Shown: piece after piece, positions 19,163 to 27,740 of the stretch
Position numbering within the stretch: the first letter of the stretch is position 1
Layout of the letters: each line of letters opens with the position of its first letter
NCBI GenBank assembly: GCA_043804695.1
Contig: JAZDIV010000043.1
Span: 12,736-76,735, forward strand
Direction: 5' to 3'
Source: PVC group bacterium
GTDB taxonomy: Bacteria; Auribacterota; Erginobacteria; Erginobacterales; Erginobacteraceae
Length of the DNA: 64,000 nt
Translations under genes and position numbers: made by a program
Notes under the pieces: generated by a model
What the model was told of the DNA's origin: nothing
Database searches by the model: none
The model's input: the letters and a program-made list of their open reading frames with translations, nothing else

Positions 19163-21301
19163 TCAGGATAGCTCGATAAGCCGGCCGGTGGATGCCGCCT
19201 CGACCGCGGCCAGGGTGGCACGGGTCACGTTGACCAGATCGGCAAAAGGTATCAGAGGCAGCCCCCCTTCCCTGATCCGATTGATGAACAGTTTGATTTC
19301 GGCCTGATGCCCCTTGTCCTGACGCCGGGTCTTGAAAAGGCGAAATCCCTTGAAACCATAACCGCGGGTCACCCGGAAATTCTCCATCCGGATTACCCGT
19401 CCGCCTGAAAAAACTTCAAGCGTCTCCTTGGGATACCTTTTCGGACCGTTGGCGAAGTAGTTGATGGTTCCGATCGAGCCGTCTTCAAGCCCGATGATAA
19501 CGGCCATCTTGTCCTCCCGGACCGCCGGGCCGGGGCCCACCATCAAGGCGGCAACAGTTCTGACGGGGCTCTGAGCGAGGCAGGAGAAAAGATCGATAAA
19601 GTGGCAACCCTCCCCGATTATCCTCCCCCCCCCACGTTCGGGATCCTGGGTCCAGTGATCGGGCGGGATCTCACCGGCGTTCACGGTCATGTTCATGCAA
19701 AGAGGGCCGGTTCTCCCCCGGAGGAGTTCGATGATTTTCTTGGTGTGCGGACTGAAACGACGGTTGAAGCCAACCATTAGGGATTGGGGATTAGGGAGTA
19801 GGGATTGGTATATGGAGATACTCTCGTCCAATTCCGATTCGTTGATGGCGAGGGGTTTTTCAACGAAGGTGTGCTTTCCCGCCTGGAGGGACTCGCAGAC
19901 GAAGCGGGCGTGGAGATGATGTCCGACGGCGATAAATACGGTGTTGACCTCCGGATCGTCGAGAATTACCCGGTAATCGGTTGCCGCCTGCTCACCGCCA
20001 TATTTCCGGGCCGCCTCGCGGGCAGCCGCACCATCCAGATCGGCTATATACTTTATCCGGGCGTCTGTCTTTGCCAGTGCCGGAAGGAGGATCGCTCTGG
20101 AAAAATTCCCGGCGCCGATCAGACCCACCGTTACCGGGCCGGCGGGACCTGATGGAACCGTTTTCACCGTTATAATCCCGGATCGCTCAACCTGAACCGG
20201 ATACTGGAGTATGATTCCCAGGGAAGCGGTGCTATCCCCGACCTTCTGATAGGCCTTACCGGCGTCACTGATCGAAAAACGATCCGTAATAAGATCTTTG
20301 ACCCGAAGCCGGTTTTCCTTGATCGCCGCCAGGACAGCTTCAAAATTCCGCTGCTCGGTCCAGCGGACAAAACCATAGGGGTAATCCCGTCCTTCCTGTT
20401 CGTAGTTCTCGTCATAACGCCCCGGGCCGTAGGAACAGGAGACCTGGAAAGTGAGTTCTTTCTCGTAAAAATCGCTCCGGCGCAGGTTAAGTCCAACCAC
20501 TCCCACCAGCACAATCCGGCCCCGCTTCCGGCAGGCCCGGGCCGACTGGTGGACGATCTCGTCGGTCTTGGCCGAAGCGGTGATCAAAACCCCGTCTACG
20601 CCCCTTCCCCCGGTCTCGGATAGCGCCGCCGCTATCGGATCACCTCCGGTCGACAGATCAACGGTCCGGGCGCTGAATCCTTCGGCCAGGTTTAAACGTC
20701 CCGAATCCAGATCCACCGCCAGAACTTCGCAGCCGCTGGACCGGAGAAGCTGAACCGTTATCAAACCGATCAACCCCATCCCGAAGATCATGAATTTCTC
20801 GCCCAGCTCAGGTTTAACCAATCGAATCCCCTGGAGAGCGATACTGCCCAGCACGGCGAAAGCCGCTTCTTCATCGGTGACCCCCTCGGGAATCCGGGCG
20901 CAGAGGTTGCGGGGCACCGAAACAATCTCGGCGTGGGGGCCGTTGCTTGCCACCCGGTCGCCGGGCTGAAGATCACGGACCCGCGCGCCGACCTCCAGGA
21001 CCACCCCGCTGTTGCAGTAGCCCAGCGGCAGCGGCTGGTCGAGCTTGCGGAAGACCGCCTCCAGAGTCGGGATCAGGCCGTCGGTTTTTATCTTGTCCAG
21101 AACCTGCCTTACCTTTTCCGGCTGCTGCCGCGCCTTCCGGACCAGGTTGGCCCGGCTGAACTCGACCAGCATCCGCTCGGTTCCCGGGGAAATCAGGGAA
21201 GCCCTGGTCGAAATCAATACCTCCCCCGGACCGGGACGGGGAGCCGGGACCTCCGCCACCTCGATCTGGCCTGTGCGAAGGAGTTGGAGAATCTGTTTCA
21301 T
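19163..21301 (-). CDS. Bi-domain oxidoreductase (Zn-ADH-like plus Gfo/Idh/MocA)
   Basis: SLISPGTE, LGYCNSG, YEKELTFQVSCSYGPGRYD, GLIGAGNF, FVEKPLA, VGFNRRFSP, GEGCHFID. Confidence 0.9.
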   Translation of the reverse strand: MKQILQLLRTGQIEVAEVPAPRPGPGEVLISTRASLISPGTERMLVEFSRANLVRKARQQPEKVRQVLDKIKTDGLIPTLEAVFRKLDQPLPLGYCNSGVVLEVGARVRDLQPGDRVASNGPHAEIVSVPRNLCARIPEGVTDEEAAFAVLGSIALQGIRLVKPELGEKFMIFGMGLIGLITVQLLRSSGCEVLAVDLDSGRLNLAEGFSARTVDLSTGGDPIAAALSETGGRGVDGVLITASAKTDEIVHQSARACRKRGRIVLVGVVGLNLRRSDFYEKELTFQVSCSYGPGRYDENYEQEGRDYPYGFVRWTEQRNFEAVLAAIKENRLRVKDLITDRFSISDAGKAYQKVGDSTASLGIILQYPVQVERSGIITVKTVPSGPAGPVTVGLIGAGNFSRAILLPALAKTDARIKYIADLDGAAAREAARKYGGEQAATDYRVILDDPEVNTVFIAVGHHLHARFVCESLQAGKHTFVEKPLAINESELDESISIYQSLLPNPQSLMVGFNRRFSPHTKKIIELLRGRTGPLCMNMTVNAGEIPPDHWTQDPERGGGRIIGEGCHFIDLFSCLAQSPVRTVAALMVGPGPAVREDKMAVIIGLEDGSIGTINYFANGPKRYPKETLEVFSGGRVIRMENFRVTRGYGFKGFRLFKTRRQDKGHQAEIKLFINRIREGGLPLIPFADLVNVTRATLAAVEAASTGRLIELS

Positions 21302-22047
21302 TACAAATCGTCTTTCCCCAAATTGATTAACTCTTTGCGCCGAAAAACGCCGATAATATTGATCCGAAAATCTTCAAGAAAAGCAAAGAATGAAACCATC
21401 CGCTCATAAGCGATCCCGGCCAAAAAGCTGGGGGTCGAGAACATCAGATAATTCGGGTTGCACTCAAGCAGATAGAGTTTCTCCTCTAAAAAACCGGCCT
21501 GGGAAAACAGGCTGCGGATTGTTCTGCGGGTGTTCATCCGATAAACCGTCGGGAAGGTGTCTTCCCCTAATCGGCCTCGTAGACGATTATAGAACGCATG
21601 AAAGCGATGTGGGGTCAGGCGTGAAAATAGAGACATATAATGCCATTTATTGGGTGTCAAAAAAACAAACTGCCCGTCAGGACGCAGCACGCGACGAAGT
21701 TCGGTCAGAAAGATCTTGGGGTGCTGAATGTGTTCGAGTACGTACCGCGAGAAGACTAAATCAAAGTACCCGTCGGGGAAAGGCAGCTGGCTCAAATCGG
21801 TCACCACGCCAAAATCGAGGCAGGGGTTGTCGACCACTTTAGGGTCGAGATCTGCTCCGACCATCTTGGCTACACAACCTTTCAGGTTGTATGAAAACTT
21901 TTCTCCCCTTCCTGCCCCAGCGTCTAAGATGCGGGTCTGCGTCGTACTACGCTTTTTAATCTCAGCAAGAAATGGGGCATCATTATTGAACCGTTCGGGG
22001 GAATAAAACCGTCCCCTTAGTTCCTTAGCGCTCCAGAAACGTTTCAT
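21301..22047 (-). CDS. Class I SAM-dependent methyltransferase
   Basis: ILDAGAGRG, FDLVFSRYVLEH, RVLRPDG, LTPN; ATG 22047 preferred because the longer ORF runs into a repeat. Confidence 0.85.
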   Translation of the reverse strand: MKRFWSAKELRGRFYSPERFNNDAPFLAEIKKRSTTQTRILDAGAGRGEKFSYNLKGCVAKMVGADLDPKVVDNPCLDFGVVTDLSQLPFPDGYFDLVFSRYVLEHIQHPKIFLTELRRVLRPDGQFVFLTPNKWHYMSLFSRLTPHRFHAFYNRLRGRLGEDTFPTVYRMNTRRTIRSLFSQAGFLEEKLYLLECNPNYLMFSTPSFLAGIAYERMVSFFAFLEDFRINIIGVFRRKELINLGKDDL

Positions 22048-22101
22048 AAAGAATACCTGAAATAGGGTATTTTGACAAATGCCCATTTCCCAAATTTTTG
22101 C

Positions 22102-22206
22102 GTCATTGCGAGAAACGGAGCGACGAAGCAATCTTAACCAATTGGGATATAGCTTATTCCGATCACCTTTCAGATCGCTTCTCCGCCTGAGGCGGATCGC
22201 GATGAC
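22102..22206. repeat. GTCATTGCGAG...CGAAGCAATCT-type palindromic intergenic repeat
   Basis: Second copy at 59292-59393. Confidence 0.65.
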
Positions 22207-22308
22207 ATTTTAGGGAGTTGTCGGACAGTCTCCTAAGGATATCAGCAGCGTGAAGACATGTCAACACGGTCACGGTCATATTGAATCGCGCAGGTGGAAT
22301 TGCCGATT

Positions 22309-23880
22309 TTATGATCGTAGCTGCCGTTGAAGTTCCTCCTCCAGGTCGAGCATCAGGGTATTGGTGGTTTCGATGGACTCTAGGGAGTCTCCCTTTTCCC
22401 CGGCGATTATTTTCCGGGAGATCTCCCGGTACATCCGGCGGTAAACTTCAATCTTGTTGATGCCTGTCTTCCGGATGATCCGGAAACGGTCCTCGGCTCG
22501 GTAGGAAGAACTGTTGACGATCGTCACCGTGCGGTCTTCCCTCCGCATCGCCATGTATTCCTGGACCCCGATCCTCTGGCTCCCCAGGTGGGTGAGATGG
22601 AGGACCAGGCAGGCCCCGTTGTCAAGCTCGACCGTCGCCACCGTGTCCCCGTTCGAGATCCGGCTTACCGCCTGGCGGACCGGCCGGGCGAAATCGTTCA
22701 TAAACAGGAAGTGGTCAAGCCAGTGGCACCCGTTGCTGACCAGGTGGCTCCCGGAGTTTGGCCAACAGTACCAGTGGTGCGGAGGCAGGGGGATTTCATA
22801 GACGTCGGCGGTGATATGGATAGGGTCGCCGGGGCCCTGCCGCAGGTCGAGGCGGGCCAAGGCGAAGAGGGGGTTATAGCGCATCTGGAAGCAGCTGTAG
22901 AGCCGACCGCCGGTCCGGGTCAGGGACGCGGTGAGCCCGGCCAGCTGCTCCCGAGTGGTGACGACCGGTTTTTCCACCACGGCCGCCGCCCCCCGGTCCA
23001 GGGCCCGGACCGCCAATCCGGCGTGGGTATGGTGGTAACCGGCGATCAGGTGAACGTCGTACTCCACCTCGTCTTCCCCGGCCGGGTCGGTGGAAACGGC
23101 AAAATCATTCCGGAAATTCCGGGTGATCTGGGTGGGGTCCACTTCGTGGACGGAGGCGATCCGGATCGCCGGGTGCAGCCCGGGGATAATCTGGGTCTTG
23201 GCGTAGTTGCCCAGGCCGTAAAGAACGGCGGTGAAACGGGGGCGGGTGGCGTCCCGGGGGAACATGGGCGACGACGTCTCCACCCCGGAAGGAACGGGAA
23301 GGGGGAGAAGCCGGAAGGCGCCGACCGGCCGCGACCAATAGTCCGCCGCCGCCGCTAGGATGTCGTTTTGGAGGCCAAACGGGATCGGGCGCCCCGATTC
23401 CGGCTGCCACCCGATGATCTCCGCCAGGCGGGGGATAACGGGGCCAGCCGCGTAAAAACGAATCCATTCCCGGGTGCGGTGAAGTTCGGCGACCTCCGGG
23501 GAGATCGGACGAACCAGGTCGGGAGGTAGGACAATCCTCTCCACGCAGCTGGGGTGGGCCGGGGCGATGAAGACCACCGGGTTTCCCTCCTCCCTGCCGC
23601 CTCTGTCATCCGATGAGATTATCTTGCCCAGTCCGGTGGAGAAATATTTCTCGTTCCTTCTCCTCTCGGCGAGGCGGGAACGGACCTTGCGGATAACGGC
23701 CCGGAGTCCGAACTCTCCCAGGTACTCCCGGAGCATACCCCACTTCCGGGGGCGGGCCAGGTACATCCCCGTGATCGGCCGGACAACCGCCCAGGCGGTG
23801 ACCGCAATGCGCAGATGACCCTCCGGCCGGTGGTAATCCAGAACCCGGTCTTCCCAGCTATCGCCGCTCAGAAGGTACAT
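22309..23880 (-). CDS. Gfo/Idh/MocA-family oxidoreductase with extra N-terminal domain
   Basis: YGLGNYAK, HHTHA, VVEKPV, FQMRYNP, SNGCHWLD. Confidence 0.8.
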   Translation of the reverse strand: MYLLSGDSWEDRVLDYHRPEGHLRIAVTAWAVVRPITGMYLARPRKWGMLREYLGEFGLRAVIRKVRSRLAERRRNEKYFSTGLGKIISSDDRGGREEGNPVVFIAPAHPSCVERIVLPPDLVRPISPEVAELHRTREWIRFYAAGPVIPRLAEIIGWQPESGRPIPFGLQNDILAAAADYWSRPVGAFRLLPLPVPSGVETSSPMFPRDATRPRFTAVLYGLGNYAKTQIIPGLHPAIRIASVHEVDPTQITRNFRNDFAVSTDPAGEDEVEYDVHLIAGYHHTHAGLAVRALDRGAAAVVEKPVVTTREQLAGLTASLTRTGGRLYSCFQMRYNPLFALARLDLRQGPGDPIHITADVYEIPLPPHHWYCWPNSGSHLVSNGCHWLDHFLFMNDFARPVRQAVSRISNGDTVATVELDNGACLVLHLTHLGSQRIGVQEYMAMRREDRTVTIVNSSSYRAEDRFRIIRKTGINKIEVYRRMYREISRKIIAGEKGDSLESIETTNTLMLDLEEELQRQLRS

Positions 23881-23884
23881 GAGC

Positions 23885-25045
23885 TCAATCCGCCTCCTTC
23901 TTTCCCAGCTCCCGCAAAGCCGTCAGGAAGGTTTGGGAGACTTCATCCCAGTTGATGAATCGTCCCTCGGACTGTTTCTTCCCGGCCCTGATCAGGGACC
24001 CGGCCGTATCGGGACCGTTCCGGAGATGCGCGATCGCATCCTGGATCGAGGAGGGATTCCAGGGATCGAAGTACAGGGCCGCGTCCCCGCAGACTTCGTG
24101 AGCGAAGTCCAGATCGCTGGTGAGGATCGGCACCCCGTAGTGCATCGCTTCCAGATAACTTCCGCTGAATATCTCCATGAGAGAAGGCATCAGCAGGGCG
24201 TCCACATGACTGTAATAGTTAGCCAGTTCCGGTTGAAGCCACCGGGAGCCGATATTGATGATCTTCTTTTCCAGGTGTTTCTTCCTGATGTCGTCGAGAA
24301 GGCGCTTCACCGCCGATTGCTGATCCGGAGCCACGGTTATAAATAGAACGGTATCCTCCAATTGCTCCCGGTAGCGATCAAAGAGATCAACCAGAACTTC
24401 AATATTTTTATGAGGATAATATCTCGCGATATAAAAGAGCTTAAAGTGATCCGGGAATGGTTGGAACTCCGGAGGGGGAGGTGTACCCGGGGAGACGGCG
24501 CGGGTAAATTCCGAGATAGCATTGGGGAGAATGATGGACCTACCCCGGTAATTATATCGGCTGCGGATGCGGCTATCCGTCACCCGGGTAGGAGTAAAGA
24601 CAAGGCCGGTCCGGCGGAGATCCCGGGAGAAGACAAGTCGCTTGAGATAAATTTCGAATAACTCTTTTATACTGATCGAACGGCCGAAGTGACGGCGGGA
24701 ATAGAGCAGATACGGATTAAGACAGATGATGGCCTGCGGGTAAAGCTTTTTCCCCTGGTATCCCAGGCTGGACATTCCCACGACAATATCCGGCCGGAAC
24801 CGGTCCAGCCGTTTCGGAAGCAGCCGGTGATCGAAACGCCACCGCCGCGACCAGGAATGGTCGCGGAGAGGAATTATTTCCCGGTCCGGCAGGCTCTCGC
24901 AGATCGCCTCATAGCCGAGTCCTCCGGGTATGCTGACCAGATACCTCTCGCCGGGCGCGAGCCTCCCCAGGGCGGCAATGATGTTATGCCCCACCGATAT
25001 CCCCCCTCCTCCCCGGAGGGCGTGGCAGAGTAATGCGATTCTCAT
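23885..25045 (-). CDS. GT4 glycosyltransferase
   Basis: YIARYYPHKN, LMPSLMEIFSGSYLEAMHYGVPILTSD, EVCGDAALYFDP. Confidence 0.9.
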   Translation of the reverse strand: MRIALLCHALRGGGGISVGHNIIAALGRLAPGERYLVSIPGGLGYEAICESLPDREIIPLRDHSWSRRWRFDHRLLPKRLDRFRPDIVVGMSSLGYQGKKLYPQAIICLNPYLLYSRRHFGRSISIKELFEIYLKRLVFSRDLRRTGLVFTPTRVTDSRIRSRYNYRGRSIILPNAISEFTRAVSPGTPPPPEFQPFPDHFKLFYIARYYPHKNIEVLVDLFDRYREQLEDTVLFITVAPDQQSAVKRLLDDIRKKHLEKKIINIGSRWLQPELANYYSHVDALLMPSLMEIFSGSYLEAMHYGVPILTSDLDFAHEVCGDAALYFDPWNPSSIQDAIAHLRNGPDTAGSLIRAGKKQSEGRFINWDEVSQTFLTALRELGKKEAD

Positions 25046-25195
25046 TCAATTACCTTTAAAAACAATTCTAACCACGAAGTTACCATGTAGACTGCAAAAT
25101 AAAAAGCCAGTCACTCGCAATGGGTTTTAATGGGGATAAAGATCAAGTATTATAGACGAACGTTTATAAACCCCCAAACCCAAAGAGGACTGGCT

Positions 25196-26302
25196 ATGAG
25201 TAACTATATCATGGTCGGAGCTGATGTCCATGACAAAGACATTTTGATAAAGGCGGCTCACAACCGCGGCAATCCGGTTCAGCAAACGTTCAATAACACT
25301 CCCGGCGGCAGAGAAAGAATGATAGCAGCGTTGCAGGAACAGGCAGAGGAAGCCGGTAATGCTACTGTTGTTTTCGCGTATGAAGCATCGTTTCTCGGAT
25401 TCGGCCTGTACGATCAGATGACCGATGCCAGGTTTGAGTGCCATGTGCTGACACCGACCAGAATTGCCCGATCGTCCACACACCGTAAGAGGAAAACCGA
25501 TGCCAGGGATGCCGAAAGGCTCTTGGAGGTGATCCGAGGACATATCTTGGCCGGGAACGATCTGCCGTCGATCTGGATCCCCGATCTCCAGACCCGGGAT
25601 GACCGGGAATTGGTTCGGATGCGTCTGGATGTCGGGAAAAAGATCACCTCGATTAAAAGTCAAATACTTGTCCTGCTGAAACGAAACAATTTCCGCAAGC
25701 CCGCAAAAACAGGAAGTAACTGGACCAAAAAACATCGTGTCTGGCTGGCTGAGAGCGCAAAACCGGAATCGGCTTTGCCAGGTGGTGCCCGGTGCGCGAT
25801 GAACAGCCTGATGCGACAGCTGGAAGCATTGGAGCAAGAAATCGTCTATCTGGACAAGCACATCCAGGATCTCTCGGGTGCACCGCGCTATGCGGAACCG
25901 GTTCAGGAACTGAAAAAACTCAAGGGGGTGGGCACTCTGACCGCCATGGCGTACCTGACCGAGATGGGTGACCTGAGCCGATTCAACAATCGGCGCCAGA
26001 TCGGCGCGTTCCTGGGGCTGGTACCGTCGAGCTCGGAGAGCGGCCAGAAAGATGATCGCAAGGGACATATTACCCATCAGGGCTCCGGTCGGGTCCGGAA
26101 GGTGCTCTGTCAGGCCTGCAGGTCGAGAATACGCAACGATCCTCATGAGAAGGATGTGTATGGCCGAATTGTTGAACATAACCCAAAGCATAAGAATATT
26201 GCGGTTGTTGCTTCAATGCGCCGCCTGGCAATAAAAATGTGGCACCAAGGACTCAAAGCCCAGAGCCGGGCCGGCTCTTTTGAGGCCGCTGTCAATGGTT
26301 AA
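25196..26302 (+). CDS. IS110-family DEDD recombinase/transposase
   Basis: GADVHDK, AYEAS, KTDARDA (RuvC-like DEDD); GVGTLTA, GLVPSSSESG, GHITHQG; AGAGGA RBS before ATG 25196. Confidence 0.95.
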   Translation: MSNYIMVGADVHDKDILIKAAHNRGNPVQQTFNNTPGGRERMIAALQEQAEEAGNATVVFAYEASFLGFGLYDQMTDARFECHVLTPTRIARSSTHRKRKTDARDAERLLEVIRGHILAGNDLPSIWIPDLQTRDDRELVRMRLDVGKKITSIKSQILVLLKRNNFRKPAKTGSNWTKKHRVWLAESAKPESALPGGARCAMNSLMRQLEALEQEIVYLDKHIQDLSGAPRYAEPVQELKKLKGVGTLTAMAYLTEMGDLSRFNNRRQIGAFLGLVPSSSESGQKDDRKGHITHQGSGRVRKVLCQACRSRIRNDPHEKDVYGRIVEHNPKHKNIAVVASMRRLAIKMWHQGLKAQSRAGSFEAAVNG

Positions 26303-26399
26303 CGCCGCATAACCCCGTAATCGGAAAGGAAGAATTCCTTAAATACAAAGTATTCATTGTAGCAGGAGGTAGCTCGTTCGTCTGGATCGCCGATATCAA

Positions 26400-26525
26400 A
26401 ATGAGGGGGTGAAAGACCGTTTGTGTCCTGGGCCGATACCGGCCCGTCACGAAGTTTAGTCCGCCCCCGGCGTTCAGATAAACTGATCTCTCCACAGGAG
26501 ACGATCGAATAGCAGGATGCGCGAC
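26400..26525 (+). ncRNA. Predicted bridge/seek RNA of the IS1111 element (boundaries approximate)
   Basis: Two stem-internal-loop-stem modules: GTGTCCT(26423)/GTCACGAAG(26446) match the target, AACT(26481)/ATAGCAG(26509) match the circle junction. Confidence 0.75.
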
Positions 26526-26615
26526 TTCGGCGAACCCAGCTAAAACCTGTTGCGATTTTTTCTTGACTGGTATCTACATAGCAGGACACGAAGTTTTTAT
26601 AAAATAAGCTACGTT

Positions 26616-27740
26616 CTATGGTTCTCTTATTTTCATAGAAATAAGCTCCCGGTACATCTGATCATACTTCCTCGCCGTCTCCCCGATCGACCAGGACCGG
26701 GTCCTCTTTTCAGCAGCGGCCGCGCGGGAACGGGCAGACTCCGGATCAGCAAGGAGATCTCTTAATGCCTTTGCCTGCGCGGCCGTGTCTCGCGGGTCGG
26801 CCAGAATGGCGGTGTTCCCGTCGAGAATCTCCCGGTGAGCGGGGATGTCCGAGACCAGGAGAGGGCAACCGCAGGCCATGGCTTCCATCACGGTATTTGG
26901 CATTCCTTCGTAATCACTCAGGTTGATAAGGAGATCTGCGCTCTTCATCATTCCCCAGATTGTTTCCGTCTTTAAAAACCCGCAGAACTTCACCCGGCCT
27001 TCAACCCCCCGTCTTCGGGCCAGGGCCTGCAGTTCATTCAGATCTTCTCCTTCACCACAGATAAAGGCGATCGTGCGTGACTCGGGGTCGAGAGCCGCGA
27101 TCGCGTTGACGATACGTTCCACACGTTTCTGCCGGGTGAGTCTTCCGGCGTAAAGAACGAAACCTTGATCTTCTTCTAACCCCAGCTCCTGCCTGCCGAT
27201 CGGCCGGACCCGGTCAATCTCCTCAAAAGGGAGACTGTTAGAAATGACGCTTCTCAGCTTGTCCGGATAGAGAGAGCGCCAGTAATCGTCGCCCCCGGCC
27301 GAGTTGGAGACGACGGCATTAGCCTTCGTCCCTATCAGAGCGCGGAGCTTTGCCTTCCAGCCGTACCGGTATGAATCGCCAGCGTTAGACTCGCGGATGA
27401 TCCACCGCCCGGCATTGAGAACAGCCGCAATTCCTCCCATAATGTCAGTCTGGGGATTCCAGGTCTGGATAATATCCGGCCGTACCCGGCGGATCAGCCG
27501 GTAGAGTTGAAAGATGAGGCGGGGATCGTAGTTGCTCCTCCCCTTCAGCCGGTGGAGGCTAACATGCCGGCTCCAGCCCGGGGGCGGATCTCCTTTATCC
27601 CCGAGCGTGACAACGAGGACTTCATAATTGAGTTCCGCCAGACCGTGCGAGAGATACCCCAGCTGCCGCTCGGCGCCCCCGGATTGAAGCCGGGGGATGA
27701 CCATCAGAATTCGGAGGGGCCTGTGTATATCCCTATTCAT
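26616..27740 (-). CDS. GT4 glycosyltransferase
   Basis: LQSGGAERQL, YAGRLTRQK, SDYEGMPNTVMEAMACGCP. Confidence 0.92.
   Translation of the reverse strand: MNRDIHRPLRILMVIPRLQSGGAERQLGYLSHGLAELNYEVLVVTLGDKGDPPPGWSRHVSLHRLKGRSNYDPRLIFQLYRLIRRVRPDIIQTWNPQTDIMGGIAAVLNAGRWIIRESNAGDSYRYGWKAKLRALIGTKANAVVSNSAGGDDYWRSLYPDKLRSVISNSLPFEEIDRVRPIGRQELGLEEDQGFVLYAGRLTRQKRVERIVNAIAALDPESRTIAFICGEGEDLNELQALARRRGVEGRVKFCGFLKTETIWGMMKSADLLINLSDYEGMPNTVMEAMACGCPLLVSDIPAHREILDGNTAILADPRDTAAQAKALRDLLADPESARSRAAAAEKRTRSWSIGETARKYDQMYRELISMKIREP

Larger units (their letters stand above)
25078..26582 (+). mobile_element. Complete IS110-family (IS1111 group) insertion sequence
   Basis: AG core at 25078-79 and 26583-84; subterminal IRs ATGTAGA (25085) and TCTACAT (26573), 7 and 3 nt from the ends; removal restores CACGAAGGACACGAAG; long non-coding right end. 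Confidence 0.85.

Noticed and set aside
25073..25081. CACGAAGTT on both sides of the IS as a target-site duplication
   Set aside because: Better explained by the tandem nature of the target repeat and a 2-bp AG core; IS110-family elements do not normally make TSDs
25127..26191. 354-aa ORF antisense to the IS110 transposase
   Set aside because: Fully overlaps the transposase; no motifs
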